Part shown: piece after piece, positions 38,095 through 46,415 of the stretch | Layout of the letters: every line of letters starts with the position of its first letter | Numbering within the stretch: the first letter of the stretch is position 1 | Assembly: GCA_021779095.1 (NCBI GenBank) | Contig: JAJYBI010000004.1 | Location: forward strand, 47,784-111,783 | From: Deltaproteobacteria bacterium | Lineage (GTDB): Bacteria > Desulfobacterota > Desulfuromonadia > Geobacterales > JAJYBI01 | Reading direction: 5' to 3' | DNA: 64,000 nt | Made by a program: the position numbers and the translations under genes | Notes under the pieces: generated by a model | The model's database searches: none | Seen by the model: only the letters and a program-made list of their open reading frames with translations | What the model was told of the DNA's origin: nothing

Positions 38095-38190
38095 TATAAC
38101 TACAGACAGGTACGACGCGATACCATCGCAGCTACACACGTAGTACCTCTCTCCTTGATAGACCCCTTGGCAACAAGGGGTCGTTTTTTA
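38095..38190 (+). ncRNA. candidate small RNA ending at an orphan intrinsic terminator (5' end uncertain)
   Basis: The terminator GACCCCUU-GGCAAC-AAGGGGUC plus GUUUUUUA (38161-38190) has no credible ORF upstream. TATAAC at 38095-38100 is a possible -10. Internal hairpins and a single-stranded CUCUCUCCUU lie at 38147-38156. Confidence 0.3.
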
Positions 38191-38364
38191 TCCGAAACGC
38201 AGGATGGAGCCGCTCTCCGGTATCAAGGGGGCTGGGAATACGGTTACGGCTGGTGTATGATGGCGACCGGGCGTACCGGGCCGACGGTCCCCCCCGCCTG
38301 GCGAAAGTCCGTCGGTGTCTGTTATAATGAGAATGTCACGACACATTAACAACGGGAGGTTGAA

Positions 38365-39234
38365 ATGAGGTACGGCAGGATGTTCGTTCCTATTGTGGTG
38401 ATGGCGATGGCGGCCGGATGCGCGACGCTCCCCGCCGGTCCGGCGGTGGAGGTGCTCCCCGCACGGGGCAAGTCGTTCGAGACGTTCCGGTCCGAGGATG
38501 CCAGCTGCAGACAGTGGGCGCAGCAACAGGTGGGGAGCTCGGTCCAGGAGACCTACCAGCGGGATGTCACTACCGGTGCGGTGGGGGGGACCGCCATCGG
38601 TGCCGGTGTGGGCGCGCTGTTCGGCTCGGCCTCCGGTCATGCCGGAGCCGGCGCCGCCATCGGTGCTGCGACCGGTCTTCTGGCCGGTTCGGTGATCGGA
38701 TCGGGGGCGGGCGAGGCCACTGCCTCCGAGGCCCAGCGCCGGTACGACAACGCGTATGTCCAGTGCATGTATTCCCACGGGAACCAGGTGCCCGGCTACA
38801 GACCGGCGTCCGCTCCGCCTCCGGTAGCTGCGACGCCACCGCCGGCGCCCGCACCGCCTCTCGTCGCTGCGCCGGAGCCGGAATATGCAGCGCCCGAGCT
38901 TGACCTTGCCGAGGCACCGCAGTTCATCTATGCGCCCGAACTGAACATGTATGTCGCCGTCGGCGTGCCGTACGATCTCGTCTACTCCGGGCGTGACTAC
39001 TACTGCTTCTACCGGGGCCGCTGGTTCCGGGGGCCGTACTACAACGGTCCGTGGGAGTATGTCCCTCGGCGGAGCTACCCTACGGTCTTCCTGCGGTTCC
39101 GTATCGGTGACTTCCGGCACTATCGCGACCGGGAGTATCGGCGTTACGAAGACGAGGGGGAACACTACCGGGGGCGCTTCTATCGGCCCGAGTACCGCCG
39201 TGAATGGCGGGGCAGGGGGCGAGAGGACGATTGA
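38365..39234 (+). CDS. lipoprotein with glycine-zipper domain and Pro-rich / Arg-Tyr-rich C-terminal region
   Basis: Lipobox MAMAAGC. Glycine zipper GAVGGTAIGAGVGALFGSASGHAGAGAAIGAATGLLAGSVIGSGAG. GGGAGG RBS. Confidence 0.75.
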   Translation: MRYGRMFVPIVVMAMAAGCATLPAGPAVEVLPARGKSFETFRSEDASCRQWAQQQVGSSVQETYQRDVTTGAVGGTAIGAGVGALFGSASGHAGAGAAIGAATGLLAGSVIGSGAGEATASEAQRRYDNAYVQCMYSHGNQVPGYRPASAPPPVAATPPPAPAPPLVAAPEPEYAAPELDLAEAPQFIYAPELNMYVAVGVPYDLVYSGRDYYCFYRGRWFRGPYYNGPWEYVPRRSYPTVFLRFRIGDFRHYRDREYRRYEDEGEHYRGRFYRPEYRREWRGRGREDD

Positions 39235-39476
39235 CCGGTGCATCGGGGGCCACGGCTCCGCCGTGACGTCAGGATGCGGGCCAGTTCCGGGTCCGTAGAG
39301 GCGTGCTTGTCGGGCATGCCCGGTACCACCAGCCGTTTCGCCTTGAAGGCGTCCGGGAACCGGGTGGTCGGCTTGTTCCGGTGGTACCGTTCCAGGACGA
39401 ACGCCACATCCACCCATTCGATCAGGTCGTGATACGGGGCAGGGTTGTCATCAGAAATCAGGCGGTGCGCCCTCAC
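39180..39476 (-). pseudogene. truncated remnant of a COG4551-type small phosphatase-like gene (N-terminal active-site half missing)
   Basis: IEWVDVAFVLERYHRNKPTTRFPDAFKAKRLVVPGMPDKHASTDPELARIL resembles, from memory, only the C-terminal half of that family. No CX5R P-loop precedes it. The ORF starts at the stop of the upstream 1409-aa gene and runs 55 nt into the convergent lipoprotein gene. Confidence 0.35.
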
Positions 39477-42400
39477 TTCCTGTCTTTCTCCCCGGGGACG
39501 AGGGGAATCTCGCGCGTTTGGCTGCAGGAAGAGATGGGCCGCGCTCGCCGTCGACGGTTTTCATGCATGCGTGTGAAGGCAGACTTCGTCGACAGGGTTC
39601 CGTCATGGGCAAGCCGTTTCTGCGCCAGGGCGTACGTGGAGATGGCCGGGATCTCGTTGTCCTCCGGTACCACCTTGCGGTACGCCTCCATGGCCGCCCC
39701 CGTTTCCCCGTACTGTTCGGCGATCCGTCCCAGCACGTACCAGTGCCGCGACCGGGGTTCATGGTTCTGGGATACCTCCAGCGCCTTGAGTATCGTCTCG
39801 CGGGCCTCCGCGAGCATCCCTGCCTCCGCATACAGTGCGGCCAGCGTATGCAGGGAGCTCTCATTCCTGCCGCCGGAGAGGGCGACGGCCTGCTCCGCGA
39901 TCGACAGCGCCTCGGGAGAGACCGTCGGGCTGAAGAGGTCCAGCCAGGCCAGGTTGTTGTATTCGCCGGCCGTCCCCTTTCCCGTATCCACGATCGTCTG
40001 GTACAGCTCCCGTGCCCGTTTGATATCCCCTTTCTGCTCGGCGCACAGGGCGAGCATCCCGAGCGCGGCCGGGTCCTTCGGCATCGTGGTGAGCCGCTGC
40101 CGTGCCGCGGCGGCGACGTCGTCCCAGCGGTTCATGGCGCGCAGGGCATAGGTGTAGCCCATGAAGGCCATGGCGGAATCCGGATAGCTCTTTTTCAGCC
40201 GTTCGCTGATCTTCAGGAGTTCCGGGTATCGCTTCTCCTCGGCATAGGCCCGGGTCAGGGCGATGTCGATGGCCGTAGCGAGCGCCCCTCCGGCGGAGTC
40301 CCTCCCCTCTTGCAGGATCGGTACCGCCTTCTCGTACCCCATCCGGGAGAGCAGGCAGGCCGCGGCGATCTGCATCCGTTCCGGAGTGTCCGGGGCCGTC
40401 TGTCCCCATATCCGCAGGAACGGCTGTCCCGAGAGCGGGTCGTCGTCCTGCGTGCGCGGGATCTCCTCGCGCGCCCAGTCGAGCCAGGTCCTGGCACCGG
40501 CCAGATCCCCCGACGCGATTCGGTCGAGGACCACCAGCCCGATGGGGGCCAGGTTGTCGCTGCCGGTCACGAGCCGGTAGCGTCCCGCCTCTTTCACCAC
40601 ATAGACCCGCATCTTCTCCTGCCCGAGCAGGGCCGGGCTGGTGGCGTCGATCCGGTATCCCACGGCGTCGTTCCCCTCGGTCCGGAACTGCAGGGCGCTG
40701 AACGCGATGTCGGTCACCGCCTCCCGCGGGGGATCACCCGCCCCCTTCATGACATTCCCCATGATGGCATCGAGATTCCGGAGATCCTCGTCGGCCCCGT
40801 CCTTTTCCGCCTCCTCGCGGATGGTGCGGGCGAACAGCGACAGGAACGTATCCGGGGCGGATTCGGGAACGAAGAGGGACAGGAACATCCGTTTCACCAC
40901 GGTCGTCGGCTCCCCTTCCGGGAGGGGGAGCCGTTCGAACGGTCTCATCCCTTTCAGGATGGTGACCCGCCTCCGAAGCGCCGCCGTGTTCGGCGCACCT
41001 GAGGCCGCTTCCTCCAGCAGTCCGGCCGCTTCCTCGTAGTGACGGACGGTGACCAGACTGGAGACCACCGACTCCAGTGCCTGCCTGCGGCTGGCGATAT
41101 CCGGTATGAGCCGGCGTGCCTCTTCAAGGGCGGCGGGAGCCCCCTTTTCACCCGCGATGGCGAGGATGAGGTAGAGGGGACCGTTGTCGGTCCCCTGGAG
41201 AGAACGCGCCGTCTCTTCCAGCTCCTGCCACCGTTGCGCCCGGTACAGGCAGACGAGGAGGTTCTTGTCGAGGTCGTCCCGTTTCAGGTCGGTCCTGATG
41301 CCCCGGTATTCGGCGATGGCACCCGCCAGGTCGGCGTGCCGGCCATACCGCTCGCCGTCGTCGCCGTATTCGAGGAGGATCGCCAGATCGCCACGGGCGA
41401 CGAAGTCGGTGGGGTCCAGCTCCTTCGCCCTGCGGTACTCAGCCACTGCCCGTTTCCGGTCGATCCCCTTCGCCAGCCGTCTCCCGATCTCGTCGTGCTG
41501 GAGTATCCAGGCGGCCGTCCGATGCGCCAGGGCCGACCTCGGTTCGAGGGCGATGGCGCGGTCGGCCTCCCTGAGGGCCGCATCGCGAAGCCCCATCGCG
41601 AGGAGGGTGTCGGCGATCTGCAGGTGGTGCAACGCCTCGCCGGGGTGCAGCGCGGCAAGCCGGCGGAACTCGGCGAGCGCCCCGGTGAATTTGCCTGCGG
41701 CGAGGAGCGCCCGCCCCACCTGCTCGAAACGGATGAGCACCGACTTTTCGTTCTTGAGATCCCTGAGGGCCGCCTTTACCGCCTCGAACTCTTCCGGGGA
41801 GAGGCGTCGCCTGCCGGTATCGAACCGCAGGAGTGCCGAGACGACGCCGTCCTTTCCGATGGTGAAGCTCCGTGAGAGCGTCATCGGCCCGAGATGGACG
41901 GTCTTCGCCTCCGGTACCGTTCTCGCCCTGAACCCCGGCGGCGGCACGATGCGGTACCGCATCTCGTAGCGGTACGGCTCCGGGAGGAGGTAGTCGTGCG
42001 TCCGTGTCTCCCCCCGGTCCTTTCCGTCGCCGGTCAGCTCGGCGGGGAGCCGTTCCGTCAGGGAGGACGGGAAGATCGCCACCACCGCTTCGTCGTCGTC
42101 GGTCGAGCCCCGCGCGGCCCCTTCCATCTCCAGGCGGATCGTGAACGGTTCATCGACCTTCCCCGGGTCGGAGACCTCCATCGCCGTGAGCTTGTCCGCC
42201 AGGTACGCGGTGCGTGCGTATTTTTCCAGCGTCTGGCGGATCGCCTGCCGATCGGTGGTCGCGTATTCCCCGCGGAACGACGACCCGATGGAGCCGTACA
42301 TCTGCGAGCTCTCGATCACCCGCGCCTTCCCCTTTTCCGCGAGGTGGAACTCCCTCGTCTCCACCTGGAGGTTGTCGCCGGACGGCGCCTCCGGCGTGAC

Positions 42401-43702
42401 GAGCAGCGAGGAGTAGCTGCCGCCGGTGACCAGGGCGCGCCTTCCCTGGTCAGGGATCGGGAGTTCGCCCGCGGGGCGGGAGCTGGCGGTCGGGTCGATC
42501 CAGATGGGGGGCGATCCCGGCAGGTAGACGATGGCGTGGTTGAACCGGTCCAGCCCCGGCAGCTCCGGATCGGGCTCCACGCCGCCACCGCTGCGGAGCA
42601 GCGCCACCTGCGCCGGGACCCCCGCACTCCTGAGCATGCCGACCAGGAGGGCAGCCTGGTCCTTGCAGTCGCCGTATTTCTGCCGGAGCGTCTCCTGTGG
42701 CGGCTTGGGGACGATGGTGGAGCTGCCGAACTCGATCCCCGTGTAGCGCACGTCCCGCGTCAGGCTCGCCAGCAGCCGTCTGGCGATCTCCATCCGGGTC
42801 GTCGCGTTCCCCACGGACTCCCGCACCCGGGCCGTCAGGTCCGACGTCGCAAGCTGGCGGTCCACGATCTCCCCGTAACGTGCCCCCACCTTGGCCCACG
42901 ACCGGCCGGTGGTGAAGGCGATGGTGGGCCAGCGTTCCAGATCTCCCGGGATGCCCGGTTCCGTCTCTCCCGGCGGCTCCAGTCGGCCCGCTTCGAAGGT
43001 GAGCCGCACGCGGCCGTCCGCCTCGTCCCGGGTCTTCACCAGGTTGGGGAGGAGATGGGTCCGGTACAGGATCGGGAGCGTCGCCGGCGCATCGATGACG
43101 ACGCGGCTTGCGATGGTCCGTGCCCCGTTGCCGATATAGTACCGGTGCAGGTTGCCGGCGTCGAAGAAGGGGGAGGTCTCGGTGACGACGACCTCCTGTT
43201 CCACCACCGCGCCGACGGTAACCGCCGGCAGCGGGGCCCGGACCACCCGCTGGTCGGTGTACAGATCGGAGGAGCTCTGCCGTGCCGGCGCGACGCTGAT
43301 GGTTTCCGGCGACAGCATGTGTCCGGTCCCGTCGGGCGTGACCACCCGGGCCCGCAGGCGTGGTCGTTCCTGGTACCAGGGGGACCATCCGGCGGAGATG
43401 GTATCCCAGTCGTCCACGCCGGCCTGCGTCAGGATGCGGTACGTCAGTCGATAGCGGGAGGTGCAGCGACCTTCCGCGTCGAGGGTGAAGGTCGCCTCGT
43501 CCAAGAGGACGACAACGCTCCCCTCACCAGGCGCGGGTAGTGCGTTCGCGGCCGCGAGGAGTACCGCGGGTGGGGTGTCGAAAAACTGCCAGTTCCAGCT
43601 CCCCCAGGCGTCGTCCGCCATTGCCGTGCCGGTGAGCACCAGGCAGAGCAGGGCGGCACTGGGAAGATACGCACGCATACGTGATGCAAATCCGTTCATC
43701 AC
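39473..43702 (-). CDS. secreted transglutaminase-like cysteine protease-fold protein with long C-terminal TPR array (1409 aa)
   Basis: Signal peptide. Transglutaminase core Cys-His-Asp reads YGDCKDQAALLVGML ... FNHAIVYL ... WIDPT. About 700 aa of TPR-like repeats follow. Confidence 0.85.
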   Translation of the reverse strand: MMNGFASRMRAYLPSAALLCLVLTGTAMADDAWGSWNWQFFDTPPAVLLAAANALPAPGEGSVVVLLDEATFTLDAEGRCTSRYRLTYRILTQAGVDDWDTISAGWSPWYQERPRLRARVVTPDGTGHMLSPETISVAPARQSSSDLYTDQRVVRAPLPAVTVGAVVEQEVVVTETSPFFDAGNLHRYYIGNGARTIASRVVIDAPATLPILYRTHLLPNLVKTRDEADGRVRLTFEAGRLEPPGETEPGIPGDLERWPTIAFTTGRSWAKVGARYGEIVDRQLATSDLTARVRESVGNATTRMEIARRLLASLTRDVRYTGIEFGSSTIVPKPPQETLRQKYGDCKDQAALLVGMLRSAGVPAQVALLRSGGGVEPDPELPGLDRFNHAIVYLPGSPPIWIDPTASSRPAGELPIPDQGRRALVTGGSYSSLLVTPEAPSGDNLQVETREFHLAEKGKARVIESSQMYGSIGSSFRGEYATTDRQAIRQTLEKYARTAYLADKLTAMEVSDPGKVDEPFTIRLEMEGAARGSTDDDEAVVAIFPSSLTERLPAELTGDGKDRGETRTHDYLLPEPYRYEMRYRIVPPPGFRARTVPEAKTVHLGPMTLSRSFTIGKDGVVSALLRFDTGRRRLSPEEFEAVKAALRDLKNEKSVLIRFEQVGRALLAAGKFTGALAEFRRLAALHPGEALHHLQIADTLLAMGLRDAALREADRAIALEPRSALAHRTAAWILQHDEIGRRLAKGIDRKRAVAEYRRAKELDPTDFVARGDLAILLEYGDDGERYGRHADLAGAIAEYRGIRTDLKRDDLDKNLLVCLYRAQRWQELEETARSLQGTDNGPLYLILAIAGEKGAPAALEEARRLIPDIASRRQALESVVSSLVTVRHYEEAAGLLEEAASGAPNTAALRRRVTILKGMRPFERLPLPEGEPTTVVKRMFLSLFVPESAPDTFLSLFARTIREEAEKDGADEDLRNLDAIMGNVMKGAGDPPREAVTDIAFSALQFRTEGNDAVGYRIDATSPALLGQEKMRVYVVKEAGRYRLVTGSDNLAPIGLVVLDRIASGDLAGARTWLDWAREEIPRTQDDDPLSGQPFLRIWGQTAPDTPERMQIAAACLLSRMGYEKAVPILQEGRDSAGGALATAIDIALTRAYAEEKRYPELLKISERLKKSYPDSAMAFMGYTYALRAMNRWDDVAAAARQRLTTMPKDPAALGMLALCAEQKGDIKRARELYQTIVDTGKGTAGEYNNLAWLDLFSPTVSPEALSIAEQAVALSGGRNESSLHTLAALYAEAGMLAEARETILKALEVSQNHEPRSRHWYVLGRIAEQYGETGAAMEAYRKVVPEDNEIPAISTYALAQKRLAHDGTLSTKSAFTRMHENRRRRARPISSCSQTREIPLVPGEKDRK

Positions 43703-43775
43703 AGTCGACTCTCCTTGTTCGATCGTTCGTCCGGCCTTCAGAGGGGGGAGGGGGGCGGCCCGGCTGTCCGTAGGA

Positions 43776-44150
43776 CTAGTTGAAGAACCCCTTGTCGACG
43801 CACCGGTCGCGGGCCTTCAGGGTGTCGTCCACGCTCTTTTGCTGCTCTGGCGTCATGGCGTCGTAACCGAGTTCATCCTTCGTGGTGACCAGGGTGTGGA
43901 CGTACTGTTCGAAGGTGACACCCGCGGGGAGGTTCGTGCCGATGCAGCCGCAGAACTTCTCCTCTCCGATCGCCTTCATGCACTGGTCTGTCTTCTGCTT
44001 CCCGACGTCCTGCCGGGCCTTCAGCGCCTTCAACTCCTGGATCTGCTGCTCCAGTTGCTGGATCTTCTCCTGCATGTCGTCCTGGCCCGCATACAGCGGG
44101 GCGGCCAGCAGCAAGCAGCCGAGGAACAGGATCGGTACGCGTCGTGTCAT
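43776..44150 (-). CDS. small secreted protein with coiled-coil and Cys-rich segment (hypothetical)
   Basis: ATG at 44150 follows GGAGG. Signal peptide ILFLGCLLLAAPLYAG, heptad-like QEKIQQLEQQIQELKALK, and 4 Cys. Confidence 0.6.
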   Translation of the reverse strand: MTRRVPILFLGCLLLAAPLYAGQDDMQEKIQQLEQQIQELKALKARQDVGKQKTDQCMKAIGEEKFCGCIGTNLPAGVTFEQYVHTLVTTKDELGYDAMTPEQQKSVDDTLKARDRCVDKGFFN

Positions 44151-44258
44151 AAGGCCTCCGGTATGAAATTGATTGCACAAGCTTAACAACTTTATCGGAT
44201 TCTTCCATATTGCTCACGGTGCAAGCGCGAAGCGCCCTTCGTTTTCGTCGGGAAATGG

Positions 44259-44360
44259 TTACCCCATCTGACGGGCCGTGTCGATCCCCGTGGATATTCC
44301 GGCGCGACTGACCAGATTGCCGTCGTCTACCAGACGTATGAGGCGGGCCGTCGTCGCCCG
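44259..44360 (-). pseudogene. decayed fragment of a DJ-1/PfpI (class I glutamine-amidotransferase-like) gene
   Basis: RATTA...RLVDDGNLVSRAGISTGIDTA resembles the ...RRATTHW...DDGnliTsaGisaGiD... segment of that family. It has an internal deletion and a premature end, and the N-terminal part is not family-like. Confidence 0.3.
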
Positions 44361-44659
44361 GGGGAACGCTTCAGTTACGCAGGAGTCTGGTATCGGGCAG
44401 GGACCGGCGTCCGCACTGAACGTACCTCGTGCCTGACGTCGTTCCGACCCCTGTCTTTTGTCCGAGATCACCCCTTCGATCTACCGGCGAGTATCGTCTC
44501 CCACTTTTGTTCGCCGGTGAAAACGCCTTCGATACGCCTCGCGTCCGCGAGCGGCTTGACATGCTCCTTTCCTTCGATTGGAAGTATCGTGCACATATTT
44601 CACCGAACGCACGATTTTCACGTGCGCGTTACCGCTCTGCACACGAGTTTGATAAACCG

Positions 44660-44678
44660 CTGTTCAACTCTTGAACAG
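44660..44678. promoter_or_regulatory. palindrome CTGTTCAA-CTC-TTGAACAG (candidate enhancer-binding-protein site 1)
   Basis: Perfect 8-3-8 inverted repeat, about 140 nt upstream of the sigma-54-like promoter. Confidence 0.5.
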
Positions 44679-44726
44679 GGTAAATGTGTCGTCATTCCGG
44701 AAAGTTGCAACCGATTGTGCCTGGGT

Positions 44727-44745
44727 GTGTTCAATGGCTGAACAG
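44727..44745. promoter_or_regulatory. palindrome GTGTTCAA-TGG-CTGAACAG (candidate enhancer-binding-protein site 2)
   Basis: Same TGTTCAA-N3-YTGAACA pattern with one arm mismatch, about 70 nt upstream of the sigma-54-like promoter. Confidence 0.5.
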
Positions 44746-44797
44746 GCGTGCGGGATGTGACCTCGGTGTAAGTTTAATAATATTGATAAGTTACGTG

Positions 44798-44813
44798 TGG
44801 CATGGCTTTGGCT
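44798..44813 (+). promoter_or_regulatory. candidate sigma-54 (-24/-12) promoter
   Basis: TGGCATGGCTTTGGCT has GG and GC separated by exactly 10 nt, against consensus TGGCACG-N4-TTGCW (2 mismatches outside GG/GC). It lies 26 nt before the ATG at 44839. Confidence 0.5.
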
Positions 44814-44838
44814 TTGATGGTTTTCAGAGGTGAATGCC

Positions 44839-45288
44839 ATGAGGTCCAGCTATATAGTTTGTGTTCTTGTCGTCATCAGCATGCTATCCGCCGTATCCTC
44901 TTTCGCTGCGACGTCGGCCAGGCTTTATGTGTCGGCCACGGTTCTCCCCTTTGTCAGTTTCAATGCGGTTCAGCATGTGACGACCTATCGGGTGAGCAGT
45001 GATGACATCAAGAGGGGGTATGTCGACCTGCCGAATTCAATGACGGTCAACGTGCGGACAAACCTGGACGCAGGGGTCCCGGTAACCGTGGAAAATGCAG
45101 AGAAGGAAAGGGTGCTCGTCAGGGAGAGCGGTACCTCTGCATATATCGGCAACTCCTTTATGGTGAATACCAATGCCCATCTGCCCAATACCCGGATAAG
45201 CAAGAACCTTGACCTGCGGATAATTCTTTCTGCCGACGAAAGCGAAGGTATCCATGCAATTTCGGTGTCGATGACCCCGTCGATCTGA
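44839..45288 (+). CDS. secreted hypothetical protein, possibly a divergent pilin-like beta-sandwich subunit
   Basis: Signal peptide VLVVISMLSAVSSFA. The C-terminal GIHAISVSMTP resembles the G-x-Y-x-D-x-V-x-V-x-V/I-T-P ends of the three SCPU proteins downstream. Confidence 0.6.
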   Translation: MRSSYIVCVLVVISMLSAVSSFAATSARLYVSATVLPFVSFNAVQHVTTYRVSSDDIKRGYVDLPNSMTVNVRTNLDAGVPVTVENAEKERVLVRESGTSAYIGNSFMVNTNAHLPNTRISKNLDLRIILSADESEGIHAISVSMTPSI

Positions 45289-45495
45289 ACCGCAGACGTG
45301 CCGTCAGACATCGGGTGGTTTGCGATCAAGTATGGCATATCCCTCGAAGGTTAATCGCAGAATCCTCGCTTGACCCCTCCTGTTTCCTAGATCGCCCGCA
45401 GACCCCGCCAATCAATTACCGGTTATATTTTTTATTGTTTTGAGGTAAGGTACATCCCCTTGGTACGTGGGTATTCGCACGTCGGGATGAGTTGA

Positions 45496-45514
45496 TTCAA
45501 ACCAGACGTTTGAA
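45496..45514. promoter_or_regulatory. inverted repeat TTCAAAC-N5-GTTTGAA just upstream of the response-regulator gene
   Basis: Perfect 7-5-7 inverted repeat, 25 nt before the start at 45539. Confidence 0.3.
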
Positions 45515-45538
45515 CGGTACTAACGGAGGTATTGTGGC

Positions 45539-46183
45539 GTGAACGTTATCGTCGTCGAAGATACCGCGACTGTAAGGGCCATGCTTGTGGATCTGTTGAA
45601 GGCCAACGGCAGGCATAGCGTGGTTGCAGCCGTGGATCGGGTTGAAGATGCGCTGACGTACCTGGCAGGCGATAGTGCGGATCTGATGATCCTTGACCTT
45701 TGTCTTCCCGGACTTTCGTACGAAGCGGCTGTCAGGGCCGTTAATAATGCCAGCCCTGACCTGGAAATTCTGGTTTTTACGGTTTCGGAAGAGGAAGAAA
45801 CGGTTTTTTCGGCGCTGAAAGCCGGTGCTACCGGGTATCTGCTGAAGACGGCCCGGTCCGCCCAGATTATCGCCGCCCTCGACGAAATCGAGGCCGGTGG
45901 CTCGCCCATGTCCCCCTCCATCGCCAGGAAGGTGCTCCGTGAATTCCAGGGGGTGCCGGTCCATGAAGAGCTGCAGGGGATGATCTCTCCCCTTTCGGAC
46001 AGGGAGACGGAGATACTGGAATTGCTGTACCGTGGGCTTATCATCCAGCAAATTGCCGACAGGCTGTTCATCAGCCCCCTCACCGTTCATACCCATATCA
46101 AGAATATCTATGCGAAACTGCAGGTCAACTCGCGCTCCCAGGCCATATACGAGGCCGTACAGAAAAAATTGATCAAGGGATAG
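45539..46183 (+). CDS. NarL/FixJ-type response regulator (REC + LuxR-type HTH)
   Basis: Receiver acidic pocket VVEDT...[11 protein letters not shown] and a C-terminal [13 protein letters not shown]....IA..L.IS..TV..H..NIY.KL motif. GTG start follows GGAGG. There is no adjacent kinase. Confidence 0.9.
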   Translation: MNVIVVEDTATVRAMLVDLLKANGRHSVVAAVDRVEDALTYLAGDSADLMILDLCLPGLSYEAAVRAVNNASPDLEILVFTVSEEEETVFSALKAGATGYLLKTARSAQIIAALDEIEAGGSPMSPSIARKVLREFQGVPVHEELQGMISPLSDRETEILELLYRGLIIQQIADRLFISPLTVHTHIKNIYAKLQVNSRSQAIYEAVQKKLIKG

Positions 46184-46190
46184 GCATCAG

Positions 46191-46210
46191 AATACCCTCT
46201 TTAGGGTATT
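46191..46210. other. AT-rich hairpin/palindrome AATACCCT-CTTT-AGGGTATT after the regulator gene
   Basis: 8-bp arms and no U-run. It could be a weak terminator or an operator. Confidence 0.3.
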
Positions 46211-46291
46211 GAATAATCTGTTGATCAATGCGAAATTTGCGACACGTTCAGCTAGTTTTATGGGGCTGTCCGTGGCTCCGCACAAAATCAC

Positions 46292-46384
46292 CTCTCCGAT
46301 ACGAGCAAAACCAGGGTGACCTGGTGACGCAAAATCACGGATCCGCAATGGAAAGCGCGGATGGCCGGATCGCCGAAGAGAGAG
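46292..46384 (+). promoter_or_regulatory. GEMM-I (c-di-GMP-I class) riboswitch aptamer, copy 1
   Basis: CUCUCCGAUACGAGCAAAACC-AGG-GUGA-CCU-GGUGACGCAAAAUCAC...GGCCGGAUCGCCGAAGAGAGAG. The GCAAA, GNRA-capped P1b, ACGCAAA and closing CCGAAGAG elements occur in GEMM-I order. Confidence 0.75.
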
Positions 46385-46415
46385 TCGTTATCAGTCTTGT
46401 ACATTGGTAATCACT

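Noticed and set aside
38200-38330. Possible riboswitch or RNase P-like motif (GCGAAAGUCCG) upstream of the glycine-zipper lipoprotein
   Set aside because: I compared it by eye with the GEMM-I core and the RNase P P4 consensus (GAGGAAAGUCCGGGC). Only a short chance match was found and the rest of neither architecture is present.
37857-38349. Three overlapping plus-strand ORFs (80, 91, 140 aa)
   Set aside because: They are Cys/Arg-rich nonsense-like translations with non-ATG or poorly placed starts. The region is better explained as non-coding (see the sRNA/terminator finding).
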